40,433 nt of DNA from contig DATGSA010000020.1 in assembly GCA_035303085.1 (NCBI GenBank), positions 1 to 40,433 of the forward strand, in the 5' to 3' direction. This stretch comes from Flavobacteriaceae bacterium. Lineage in GTDB: Bacteria; Bacteroidota; Bacteroidia; Flavobacteriales; Flavobacteriaceae. The notes under the pieces were generated by a model that was given only the letters and a program-made list of their open reading frames with translations, had not been told where the DNA came from and searched no databases. The translations under genes were made by a program, and so were the position numbers. This document shows positions 25,931 to 34,776 of the stretch, piece after piece. How positions within the stretch are numbered: the stretch's first letter is position 1; the number at the start of each line of letters is the position of its first letter.

Positions 25931-26911
25931 TTATTGATGTTTAAGTTTAAATTCAAAAAGAATCCGTAATAATCTTGGAGAAATGAAGAGAGCTAATTTT
26001 TGGATAATCCCTAATTTAGAACACTTCAATATTTGTTTGCGATACTGAGCATGTTTAGCTTTGAGTTTATTGCTCATTTCCTTTTTCAAAAACTTATCTT
26101 TGGAAGTATTTGGTTTAAAACGACTTAAGAGATTATCAAAAGAGACAAAAGAGTATAAAAATAGTTTTAAATATTGATTTGCTGATATATTAGATTTATT
26201 ATTTATATATAATTTTTCTAATTTTGAAACCATTTTATCGTGGGAATACAAAGCGCTTATTTTTACGGTTTTCCTCATGGTAGATCCTTCTCGTATTCTG
26301 TAATAATAAAAAGGATAGTTAATTCCTTTTACTCTTTGCGCTTTGTTTATCGCATTAGCTACAAATAACACATCCTCAAAGCCTTGTTCAGGAAATTTTA
26401 AATCGTGATCCATCAGAAATGATCTTTTCCAAAGCTTATTCCAAATAAATATTTCTAAATACTTTACGGAATCCATGTATGCTAATCCACTTAAAGTTCG
26501 GGTGGGGAAGTCAAATTTGATTTTGGAAATAGTATCAGTTTTATCTTTCCAAAAAGTCGAAAACAGGATATCTGTATTTTCCTTTTCTGCTTCTTGATAT
26601 AACTTGGAAATGGAATTCTCTTTTAAGTAATCATCACTATCTACAAACAATATATATTTACCGGTCGCTAATTTTATACCACGATTACGTGCTGCACTCA
26701 CTTTCTGATTGGTTGGCTGTCGAACCAATTGGATGTTATTGTGTTTTTTCGCATAATCCTGTGCGATTTTATAGCTGCTATCTGTAGAGCAGTCGTCGAT
26801 CAAAATGATTTCTGTAATACAATTTGCTTGATGAATCACACTCTCAATACATCTCTCAAGAAAGTCTTCTGCGTTATAAATCGGAATAATAATAGAAATA
26901 TCAACTTGCAT
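25931..26911 (-). CDS. Family 2 glycosyltransferase
   Basis: 'MQVDISIIIPIYNAEDFLERCIESV...LIDDCSTDSS...ARNRGIKLATGKYILFVDSDD'. I prefer the start at ATG 26911, which overlaps the wzx stop by 11 nt. Confidence 0.85.
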   Translation of the reverse strand: MQVDISIIIPIYNAEDFLERCIESVIHQANCITEIILIDDCSTDSSYKIAQDYAKKHNNIQLVRQPTNQKVSAARNRGIKLATGKYILFVDSDDYLKENSISKLYQEAEKENTDILFSTFWKDKTDTISKIKFDFPTRTLSGLAYMDSVKYLEIFIWNKLWKRSFLMDHDLKFPEQGFEDVLFVANAINKAQRVKGINYPFYYYRIREGSTMRKTVKISALYSHDKMVSKLEKLYINNKSNISANQYLKLFLYSFVSFDNLLSRFKPNTSKDKFLKKEMSNKLKAKHAQYRKQILKCSKLGIIQKLALFISPRLLRILFEFKLKHQ

Positions 26912-28154
26912 AAGACGCTTTTTTAATGTGAATTTTGTAAAACACAAATGAAGTAATCATAAGAAGTATTTCTGAAAATATTCTGAGATAACTCGCACCG
27001 ATAAGTCCGTATTTCGGGACTAAAATATGACTTAAAAGTACGACTATCAATGTTGCAAATATATGTATATAAAGGAATAATTTGTCTTTTTTTAAATTTA
27101 GCAAACCTTGATAGCTGTATAAATTAGTAAGGGCGGAAAAAATAGGTAAAAACGCCAAAATTCTGAAAGTTGGAACGGCAATTAAATAATCATCGCCAAA
27201 AATTAGAGAAATAATAGGTTCGGCAAACAAGATAGAGAGAAGACAAATGATAAGCATGACCACAGACAATAAGCGGCTTATTTTTTTAATATAGTTTTTA
27301 AAATCCAATATGTTGTTTTCTGCCTTGAGTGCCATATGCGGGAAAAAAGCTTGACTAAAAGGAAGGATGATTATAGTTTGGATAGTAATAGCTAATTTAA
27401 AGGCGGTTGCGTAGATTCCAATATCTGTTTCAGAACTCACGCCTTTTAATATAATAAAGGAATAAGAAGCAAAAATATTTACCAAAATCATTGAAGCGAA
27501 GACACTGAATCCGGATTTAAATCGGCTTAGAATTCCGCTGAACTTTACATTTCCGAAAGACATTTTATAATAATATCTTACTATGAGAAGAGAAACGATT
27601 CCTATAGATATTTGAGAAATCGATTGTAGGAAATTGTAAATCCAATAATCATCTTTATGTTTCAGTAGTAAAAAAGTGAGCGAGAGTACCGCAAACTTAA
27701 TTATAAAGTTAATGATTGCAATGGAAGAGATTTTTTCTAAGCCTTGAAATATCCATAAAGGGAAAAGAACAAAACCAATGTTGATCGCATAAGTCAACCA
27801 TAATATATTGCTCAACTCATTTAATGAACTATCAAAATAAATAAATAAAAAGAATAGTATTGAAGAAATTGTAAATAAAATAACCTTTGTACTATAAACT
27901 TCGGAAATGATCTTCTCTAATTTATCTTTATCGGTTCTGTTTATAGAAATTTCTCGAGTAGCCGTATAATCAAATCCGTAATTAATCAGCACGGTGAAAT
28001 AGAAAACAAAAGTTCGAGCATATTCTAATTTACCATAGTTGGAAATCCCAATAATTCTACTGATGTAAGGTATTAAGAGTAGCGGAATAGCATAATTGGC
28101 TATTTGAACTAAGGTAAGAGCAGAAAAATTTTTTATTAGGGTTTTATTCCACAA
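26901..28154 (-). CDS. wzx: Wzx-type oligosaccharide flippase (MOP superfamily)
   Basis: 417 aa with 12-14 TM helices. The N-terminus 'LIKNFSALTLVQIANYAIPLLLIPYISRIIGISNYGKLEYA' is typical. TTG start and TGA stop. Confidence 0.8.
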   Translation of the reverse strand: MWNKTLIKNFSALTLVQIANYAIPLLLIPYISRIIGISNYGKLEYARTFVFYFTVLINYGFDYTATREISINRTDKDKLEKIISEVYSTKVILFTISSILFFLFIYFDSSLNELSNILWLTYAINIGFVLFPLWIFQGLEKISSIAIINFIIKFAVLSLTFLLLKHKDDYWIYNFLQSISQISIGIVSLLIVRYYYKMSFGNVKFSGILSRFKSGFSVFASMILVNIFASYSFIILKGVSSETDIGIYATAFKLAITIQTIIILPFSQAFFPHMALKAENNILDFKNYIKKISRLLSVVMLIICLLSILFAEPIISLIFGDDYLIAVPTFRILAFLPIFSALTNLYSYQGLLNLKKDKLFLYIHIFATLIVVLLSHILVPKYGLIGASYLRIFSEILLMITSFVFYKIHIKKASYAS

Positions 28155-28188
28155 GACGTTTTTATATTTAGGTGCAATAACATTTCGT

Positions 28189-28196
28189 CAAATTTA
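28189..28196 (-). promoter_or_regulatory. -7 box TAAATTTG upstream of wzx (possible internal promoter)
   Basis: Minus-strand TAnnTTTG match, 35 nt upstream of the TTG start at 28154. Confidence 0.3.
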
Positions 28197-28219
28197 GAAT
28201 CTCTTTAGTGATTTCCTGC

Positions 28220-28248
28220 TTTTAAACTGAAGTTTTTGCAGTTTAAAA
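28220..28248. repeat. Perfect 10-bp inverted repeat TTTTAAACTG-N9-CAGTTTAAAA
   Basis: Read directly from the sequence. It lies in the only sizeable gap (160 bp) inside the minus-strand glycan operon. Confidence 0.85.
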
Positions 28249-28314
28249 TCTTTAAGTAGTTCCAAATTGAAATATAATTGGTGATTCTGTCTATTAATCG
28301 AATTCTTTGACTGT

Positions 28315-29574
28315 TTATTCAGGAGCAGGTTTAAAGAACATCAAACCAAAACAGGCTCCGATATAGATACCTGCAATCCCTGAATTAAAAACGTGTCCGG
28401 CTATGGAGGATTCCAATACCAAGACAAAAAGCATTAGTAAGGCTAAGCGAGCATAAGGGAATCGATTTTTAATTTGGAGAAAACCTTTCAAAAAGAGTCC
28501 GATAATAACCACCGTAAAAATAAGGGCTCCTATAATTCCATAAGCAAAAAATATATCTAAAAAATCGATTTCGATAATATTGCCCAGTTGGTTTTCATAA
28601 AAATATTGTCCTCCACCTATTATTTTTTCCCATATTGTCCAATCTTTTTTATATATGGGAATCATTTCTTTTACTCTGAGATTACGTTCGGAAAAAATAA
28701 AGGTTGTCAAATCCCATTTATTATAGAAGTAATCTATTCTATGCATGATAAGAGAATCTTTGAGGAGCTCATAAGCAATGTAAACTGTCAGTGGAATTAG
28801 TAAAACAATGGAAGTTATCCAAATCATTATTTTTCGCAAAGAGATTCTTTTCAAGTTTTCAGGATTGGCTAATATAAGTAAGGTAACCAAAATGATTCCT
28901 AACATAGCGGTTTTGGAAGTAATGGTAATTCCTAAAAATAAATTGAATAGAAAAAACATGAAAAACCAAGTTTTGGCTTTTTTGATTTCATATAGATGAT
29001 AAGCTATAATTCCATAAAGCACTAAAAATAAAGCGGAAATCTCATTGCCTGCATAGAAAAATCCTGTTGTTCCCGTATTGTCATAGTCATACATTGGGAA
29101 ACCCAATCCGAGATATTTCAAAAGTATATTAATAGCAAAAACCAAGTAAGAAAAAACCAACCAACTTTTTACCAAGCTTCTTGTTTTCTTTCGAGGGAAT
29201 GTAAAAATGCGTTGAAAATAAATTAAAACCAGAAATACACTGATATATTTAGATGTTTTAATAAAATCATCGAAAATGATGCGTAAAGAATAATCATCAT
29301 TGCTGAAAAATTGAAATATTGATGGAATCGTGAAAAGAATAAGCGTTCCTAACAGTAACAAAAAATCCAGTTTGGGTCTTACACATAAACGAATGAAAAT
29401 TAAAAATATGACGAAAAGCTTATAAAACTGTCCGATAGAAATCGGAAATTCTATTCCCTCCTTTAAGAGAATTCCGTTAATCATATCAACCGGCAACAGC
29501 ATAAACATGGTAGCCACGATAAACCAGTCAAAATTAAAACTTGAATACGATAAAGTGTTATTGTTTGCCAGCAT
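28315..29574 (-). CDS. Wzy/O-antigen-polymerase-like polytopic membrane protein (copy 2)
   Basis: About 11 TM helices, with 'TGTTGFFYAGNEISALF', 'ITSKTAMLGII' and 'IIEIDFLDIFFAYGIIGALIF'. Confidence 0.6.
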   Translation of the reverse strand: MLANNNTLSYSSFNFDWFIVATMFMLLPVDMINGILLKEGIEFPISIGQFYKLFVIFLIFIRLCVRPKLDFLLLLGTLILFTIPSIFQFFSNDDYSLRIIFDDFIKTSKYISVFLVLIYFQRIFTFPRKKTRSLVKSWLVFSYLVFAINILLKYLGLGFPMYDYDNTGTTGFFYAGNEISALFLVLYGIIAYHLYEIKKAKTWFFMFFLFNLFLGITITSKTAMLGIILVTLLILANPENLKRISLRKIMIWITSIVLLIPLTVYIAYELLKDSLIMHRIDYFYNKWDLTTFIFSERNLRVKEMIPIYKKDWTIWEKIIGGGQYFYENQLGNIIEIDFLDIFFAYGIIGALIFTVVIIGLFLKGFLQIKNRFPYARLALLMLFVLVLESSIAGHVFNSGIAGIYIGACFGLMFFKPAPE

Positions 29575-29575
29575 G

Positions 29576-30058
29576 CTATATCGTATTAATCAGATTTATC
29601 AGTTGTTTATTGAAATTTGATGTATTCGAAACATATTTATCGAGATTATATTGATTGATATGAATTATTTTCTCCTCTAAATCACTGAGATTCTCTTTTA
29701 GGGGAATAATCAAATTTAGTTTGGCAAATGTTTCTAAGATTTCCAGCTGGTGATCATCAATGTGTTCTTTATATTTTTTTAATCGCGGAGCGACGACAAC
29801 TTTTTTTTCTTTTTTAAGCGCAGTAATTATGGATCCCGTACCGGCATGGCTTATAACAAACTCAGCCTCCTCTATGTATTTGTTGAAGCTTTCTTTATCC
29901 AAAAAAGAAAAACATTGCATAACATTACTGCTAAACGCATTATTTCCTATTTGGGCTACGACAGGTTCTTTAAGCACGCCATTGTTTATTGCTGATTCAA
30001 CGGCTTTTAGGAGCCTCGAAAAATTAAAGTTTTGCGTGCCTAGTGTGATAAAAACCAT
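29576..30058 (-). CDS. Alg13-like / Cps14G-PssE-type glycosyltransferase catalytic subunit (GT28 C-terminal domain)
   Basis: 'MVFITLGTQNFNFSRLL...ISHAGTGSIITAL...KKVVVAPRL...HIDDHQLEI'. Starts at ATG 30058, 2 nt after the upstream stop. Confidence 0.75.
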   Translation of the reverse strand: MVFITLGTQNFNFSRLLKAVESAINNGVLKEPVVAQIGNNAFSSNVMQCFSFLDKESFNKYIEEAEFVISHAGTGSIITALKKEKKVVVAPRLKKYKEHIDDHQLEILETFAKLNLIIPLKENLSDLEEKIIHINQYNLDKYVSNTSNFNKQLINLINTI

Positions 30059-30060
30059 GT

Positions 30061-30528
30061 TTAATATATTGATCCGAAATATTTTGCCTTTGGATACAAA
30101 CTTAACAATCCTTCCCATTGCACAATAAAGGAATCCGCAAAAAGATAACAGATCTTGCCGGTTAGCGTTTTAGAGTCGGTACGAGAAAAAGTCTCGATAA
30201 AAATCAACTTTCGGCCAAATAATTTTCCAATCAAAAGCATAGGAATTACCCCTCCTGCTCCTGTACTTACAATCACTTGTGGGTTTGTTTTGAAAAATAA
30301 ATAAATCGATTTGAAAAATACGCCGATAAAGACAAAAGGGAAAGTCCGTTTATTTTGTCTTGAGAAAAAAGGTAAATAAGCAATGTTTTTATATTTTTTC
30401 TTTAAATTTTCAGTGGTTTTATTCTTTTCGGTTACAATAAAAGAGTCAAATTTTTCCATGGTTTCTTTTAAACAGAGCAACTGTTCCAAATGTCCTCCAC
30501 TGCTGGATATAAATAAAACTCTTTTCAT
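30061..30528 (-). CDS. Alg14-like / Cps14F-PssD-type membrane-anchoring glycosyltransferase subunit
   Basis: 'MKRVLFISSSGGHLEQL...VIVSTGAGGVIPMLLIGKLFGRKLIFIETFSR'. Confidence 0.75.
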   Translation of the reverse strand: MKRVLFISSSGGHLEQLLCLKETMEKFDSFIVTEKNKTTENLKKKYKNIAYLPFFSRQNKRTFPFVFIGVFFKSIYLFFKTNPQVIVSTGAGGVIPMLLIGKLFGRKLIFIETFSRTDSKTLTGKICYLFADSFIVQWEGLLSLYPKAKYFGSIY

Positions 30529-31742
30529 TTTTTTGAAATTCTCATAAAGCTTAAGAATAAAGCCATGGTTAAATACCCCATAGACCTATACATATAATTT
30601 TCAAACATAAAGATGATTAAGATCCCGATAATAAACGATATAATCAACATATCTTTACGTTTAATTGCGGCTATAATATTCGCGATAAAATAAGCTAAAA
30701 ATAGAATTAAACCTAAAATACCGTTTTCCAACATATAGAAGAGAAACTGATTATGGGTGTTATACATTCTTTCTAAAGAAACGGTTAGGCCGTTTTCAGA
30801 ATAAGTTTTTTCCAACATCCCTTTTTCACTGCCGGTTCCGTAGCCGAAGATTGGTTTCTCTTCAATGGTTTGCCAAATAGCTGTCCACCGTGCGATTCGC
30901 GAATCATCGGCAATTCGGTTATTGATTTCTGCTTCTGTATTTTCAACATCTGTATCCCAGGCTAATTCAATTGAAAACCTTTGCAGTAAGTAAAAATTGG
31001 CTAACTGGTATTTGTACAAATAAATCCCAAGAACTAAAAACACGATCAGTCCGCCAATATAGATCTTTTTCCATTTAGCAGACAAATAAAAGAATGCTCC
31101 CAAGATTTGCAAACCATATAGAAGTAACCCAACGCGGCTCAGGGTAAAAACCATTCCGATAAAGAAAAGTCCAAATAAAATAGCCTTTAAATAATTATTT
31201 ATTTTCTTCGAATTAAACACAAAATAATTGGCCAGTAAAATCCAAACACTAAAATAAGTTGGATGGGATTTTAAAGGATTTACAAAATTGAAATAGGTAA
31301 AACGATGGGAGAAAATATTTAGAATTGAATTTTCATTTCCGTAACTGAAGTTTATGCCCAACGTTACCAATAGATAGAGAAGGCTTCCGGTAATTCCGAT
31401 GATTATTCCCGAAGAAACATAAGAGGGAGCTTTTCTTTTTAGCGAATCTTTTGCAAAAATGTAAGCCAAGGAAAAAACCATAAAAGGAATAAATTTTCTG
31501 ACAATATGGAAGCCTTCTGATGGATAAGAGGAAAGCAAAGTTCCAATCAAAGCCCATAAAAAGAAAAACGAGGGAAGAATTAAGAGTTTTCGCCACTCTT
31601 TTTTATCGGGGAAGTTTTTTTTAATTCCATTTTCAATTACGACTCCGCCGGCAAAAACCATAAACACAATAGTGGCAATGGCAGGAGAAAAAGGCAGTAA
31701 TACACATCCTAAAAAGATTAATATAAGAAAGATTTTCTCCAT
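30525..31742 (-). CDS. O-antigen ligase/polymerase family membrane protein (Wzy_C-type, copy 3)
   Basis: Polytopic. It has 'LSRVGLL', a large loop with 'GYGTGS', and the canonical 'NTHNQFLFYMLENGILGLILF' signature. Confidence 0.7.
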   Translation of the reverse strand: MEKIFLILIFLGCVLLPFSPAIATIVFMVFAGGVVIENGIKKNFPDKKEWRKLLILPSFFFLWALIGTLLSSYPSEGFHIVRKFIPFMVFSLAYIFAKDSLKRKAPSYVSSGIIIGITGSLLYLLVTLGINFSYGNENSILNIFSHRFTYFNFVNPLKSHPTYFSVWILLANYFVFNSKKINNYLKAILFGLFFIGMVFTLSRVGLLLYGLQILGAFFYLSAKWKKIYIGGLIVFLVLGIYLYKYQLANFYLLQRFSIELAWDTDVENTEAEINNRIADDSRIARWTAIWQTIEEKPIFGYGTGSEKGMLEKTYSENGLTVSLERMYNTHNQFLFYMLENGILGLILFLAYFIANIIAAIKRKDMLIISFIIGILIIFMFENYMYRSMGYLTMALFLSFMRISKK

Positions 31743-31745
31743 GAA

Positions 31746-32828
31746 TTAAGATTTATTCAGAAGCTGTTTAAGTTTTTGAAAAAGCTTTTTCGCAACTTGT
31801 TTTTCATCATATGCGTGAGCTGTTCTTAAAGCTTGTTGCTGCATTACTGACTTTTCATTGTTTGACAAGTTGAAATAATATCTTATTTTTTCAGCTAATT
31901 CCTTTTCATCTCCCGAAGTGAAAAACAATCCGTTTTCTTTGTCTTTGATAAAAGTTTCGAGTCCTGCTATTTTACTGCCAATTACCGGCGTGCCACAAGC
32001 CATAGCTTCAAGTCCAACCAAGCCCAGACTTTCCTCCGCTTCTGTCGGGAAGATAAACAAATCTAATTTATTATAAAAAATGCTCAATTCCTTCTGTGAT
32101 AAAACGCCGAAATAATTTACTTGTTCTTTGAGGTTATATTCTATTATTGTCCTTTTTAAATCTCTCACCTCACTGCCTGTTCCCGTAATAGAGGCTTTGA
32201 ATTTAAAATTATTTGATGCTAAAAGTTTCAACGCTTGCAAAAAAGTACGCCAACCTTTCTCAGTTTCGATTCGAGAAACAAATCCTATATGAAAAGTTTT
32301 TTCAGACTTAATTTTCTTTTGCAAATAAAAAATATCCGAATCAATTCCGCCCGAAGGAGATATATATATATCGTTCTCCGGAAAATCAGGAAACACCTCT
32401 CCAATGATTCCTTTTAAAAAATCGGAAGGTACTATTAATAAATCGGTTTGTTTTAGAAGTTTTTCATTACAAGTTTTTAAAACCCCTTTGTTATGAACTA
32501 ATATGTCGGAACCATGTACGTTTATCACGATTTTTTTCTTTTTTCCAAACATGGTTTTTGTCATCAGTAGGCCGGGGGAGGAGTGGGAAATAAAATGTAA
32601 ATAAACCAAATCAAAATCTCCTTTCCGATAGGCAGAAAATATATCGGTATAAAACTTTTTGTACTTGTAAAGTTTATCAGTAGAGGATTTGGGTCTTCCC
32701 GAAATGACTGCTTTTTCAGTAATTGTCGCTCCATTTTTCTCTAAAGCTTTCTCAATATTACGAACAAATATCCCATAGTCAGGATCATCCTCAGAGGGGT
32801 ACATATTCGAAATTAGAAAAATTTTCAT
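31746..32828 (-). CDS. Family 4 (GT-B) glycosyltransferase
   Basis: C-terminal 'FIFPTEAEESLGLVGLEAMACGTPVIGSKIAGLETFI', the E-x7-E type motif. Confidence 0.85.
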   Translation of the reverse strand: MKIFLISNMYPSEDDPDYGIFVRNIEKALEKNGATITEKAVISGRPKSSTDKLYKYKKFYTDIFSAYRKGDFDLVYLHFISHSSPGLLMTKTMFGKKKKIVINVHGSDILVHNKGVLKTCNEKLLKQTDLLIVPSDFLKGIIGEVFPDFPENDIYISPSGGIDSDIFYLQKKIKSEKTFHIGFVSRIETEKGWRTFLQALKLLASNNFKFKASITGTGSEVRDLKRTIIEYNLKEQVNYFGVLSQKELSIFYNKLDLFIFPTEAEESLGLVGLEAMACGTPVIGSKIAGLETFIKDKENGLFFTSGDEKELAEKIRYYFNLSNNEKSVMQQQALRTAHAYDEKQVAKKLFQKLKQLLNKS

Positions 32829-32870
32829 GGCAATTTAATTAAGTACTTCTCAAAAAAAGATGAATGGGCT

Positions 32871-34598
32871 TTAAGAATCGTAAAAGTGCATTTTTATTCC
32901 CAACAGTGCGCTGAGAACAGAGAATTTATTTCTGAATTCAAAAATATCATCCTTGTAAATCTGCATAAAATCTTTTTGGATTTCCTTATCTTGAATCAAA
33001 TCGATATTTTCATCAAATAACTTATCGAATTCTTTTATAATAGAAGGGTCTTTTTTCAACCAAATATTAATCGGACTCATGCTATCATAGGGAAAACCCA
33101 AGTATTTTTTTCCACCATTGAAATATTTTTTAAACAATCCACCATATTTAATATTGAAACGGTTATTGGGTTTTAAGGCAATTTTATCCCACTTATAATT
33201 AGTGATATGAGGATGTTTAGCATTTAACCAATCAAAATAAATTTGTTGATTGTTTTTAAATCTTGTCGGTATTTTAAGAATTAACTCTAAAAATTCACGA
33301 TCATAAAAAGGAGAAGCGATATCAATAAAATTATTAAACACTTTATCGCCCATTAAAGTTCCATTTACTTGTCGTTGCTCAAATGCAAATATCTCGTTGT
33401 CTGAGTTTTGATAATCCTGAACAATATTTTCTAAAAAAGGAAGCTTTTCAAGCAGGTTTTTATCTGAAACAAATCCCGTAACACCAATTTTATCCAAGTT
33501 TTTGGCGTAATCAAAGTTAGGTTTGATAAAAGATCCGGTCGCAGAATCTCCCAATTGACCGGAGTGAATTAATCCGTAATCCGTAAAGTTTATTGCTTTA
33601 AATGCAGTATAAATCATCGCATTGGCAGAAAAATAAGTGAGACCATCAGTTGCTTTTATATAATTCTCCAACACTTGTTCACAGAAAAACTTTCCGTTAA
33701 AAAGATTAAATTGAGTGTGGGTTTTGAAGTTATCCTTAGCAATTTGTTGTGCGATTTTGACGTCGCTTGAAGTTGGATCCCCATAAGTATAGGTGTTGAT
33801 GTTATCGAATCCTAATTCTTTGGCTAATAATGTATTTACCCGAGAATCCATCCCCCCGCTGATTAATGCGAAGTGTTGATAATTGTTTTTTAAATCCTTT
33901 TGCCATTCTGTTTTCACAGCAGCGAGCATGAGGTGATCGATGTCTTCAAGAAAATCGTCGAGAGGTCGTTCTTCAGGTCTTTGGATAAAGTCGAAATAGG
34001 TGTGCTCTTTTAATTTATTGTTGAGGTTACTAAATTTCAGGCTTGAACCATAGTTTAGTTTTTTGATTTCATTGACCGTAGTAAAATTATAAAAACACTG
34101 TCCATATATTGCCACTGCGTAAATCCCATTAAAATCGTAGTTTAAGGAAATTCCGGAAGCTCGCAAGAGTTTTGATAGCACATGCATTTCTGAAGAAAAG
34201 GCAAATCCATGTTCGGGGTCGTAATAGTAATAAATTACTCGTGTTGAAAGAATGTCATTGAAAATAAGAAGCTCTTCACCTTCTTTTGAGAAGATAAATC
34301 CGCTAAAAGAACCCTTTAAATCGGCTACAAAATCAGTGCCTCTTTTTTCAAACGCATCTATTATTTCCTCGGGGTGCTGAAGAAAAGAGTAATTGATTCC
34401 CTCAAAGCAAACAATATACTGATCATTTTCGAACAGAAATCGATCGGTTTTAAACTTATTGAGAACAGACCGACCAAAGACGAAATTTTTATAGGAAATT
34501 TCTTCTTGTAGGGTATTGGGAAAATCCGCATTATAGAAAGTCTTATAAATCTCTTTTTGTGTGGATTGTTTAAGTAAAACTCCATAAATACCCGCCAT
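32871..34598 (-). CDS. Asparagine-synthase-family amidoligase with a degenerate glutaminase domain
   Basis: PP-loop 'ALISGGMDSRV' is intact. The N-terminus is 'MAGIYG' (codon 2 is GCC, Ala) instead of the 'MCGI' nucleophile. 'FEGINYS' replaces 'NGEIYN'. Confidence 0.7.
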   Translation of the reverse strand: MAGIYGVLLKQSTQKEIYKTFYNADFPNTLQEEISYKNFVFGRSVLNKFKTDRFLFENDQYIVCFEGINYSFLQHPEEIIDAFEKRGTDFVADLKGSFSGFIFSKEGEELLIFNDILSTRVIYYYYDPEHGFAFSSEMHVLSKLLRASGISLNYDFNGIYAVAIYGQCFYNFTTVNEIKKLNYGSSLKFSNLNNKLKEHTYFDFIQRPEERPLDDFLEDIDHLMLAAVKTEWQKDLKNNYQHFALISGGMDSRVNTLLAKELGFDNINTYTYGDPTSSDVKIAQQIAKDNFKTHTQFNLFNGKFFCEQVLENYIKATDGLTYFSANAMIYTAFKAINFTDYGLIHSGQLGDSATGSFIKPNFDYAKNLDKIGVTGFVSDKNLLEKLPFLENIVQDYQNSDNEIFAFEQRQVNGTLMGDKVFNNFIDIASPFYDREFLELILKIPTRFKNNQQIYFDWLNAKHPHITNYKWDKIALKPNNRFNIKYGGLFKKYFNGGKKYLGFPYDSMSPINIWLKKDPSIIKEFDKLFDENIDLIQDKEIQKDFMQIYKDDIFEFRNKFSVLSALLGIKMHFYDS

Positions 34599-34776
34599 AC
34601 GTTTTTTATTTTGAAAGGATTAAAAGTTGTCCTTATTTTTGCTTGACAATCGAATTATCTGTTTGTCTAAGGTCTATTTTTAGCAATTCCTTTGTGGTTC
34701 AACAACGAAAGATAATCTTATTTATTTTGAATTTAAACCTTTCGACTTCTCCAAAAAAATCTAATCTTATGAGGGA

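Noticed and set aside
29760-30128. 122-aa plus-strand ORF across the Alg13/Alg14-like gene junction.
   Set aside because: It is antisense to two motif-bearing genes and has no motifs of its own. It is best explained as a chance open frame.
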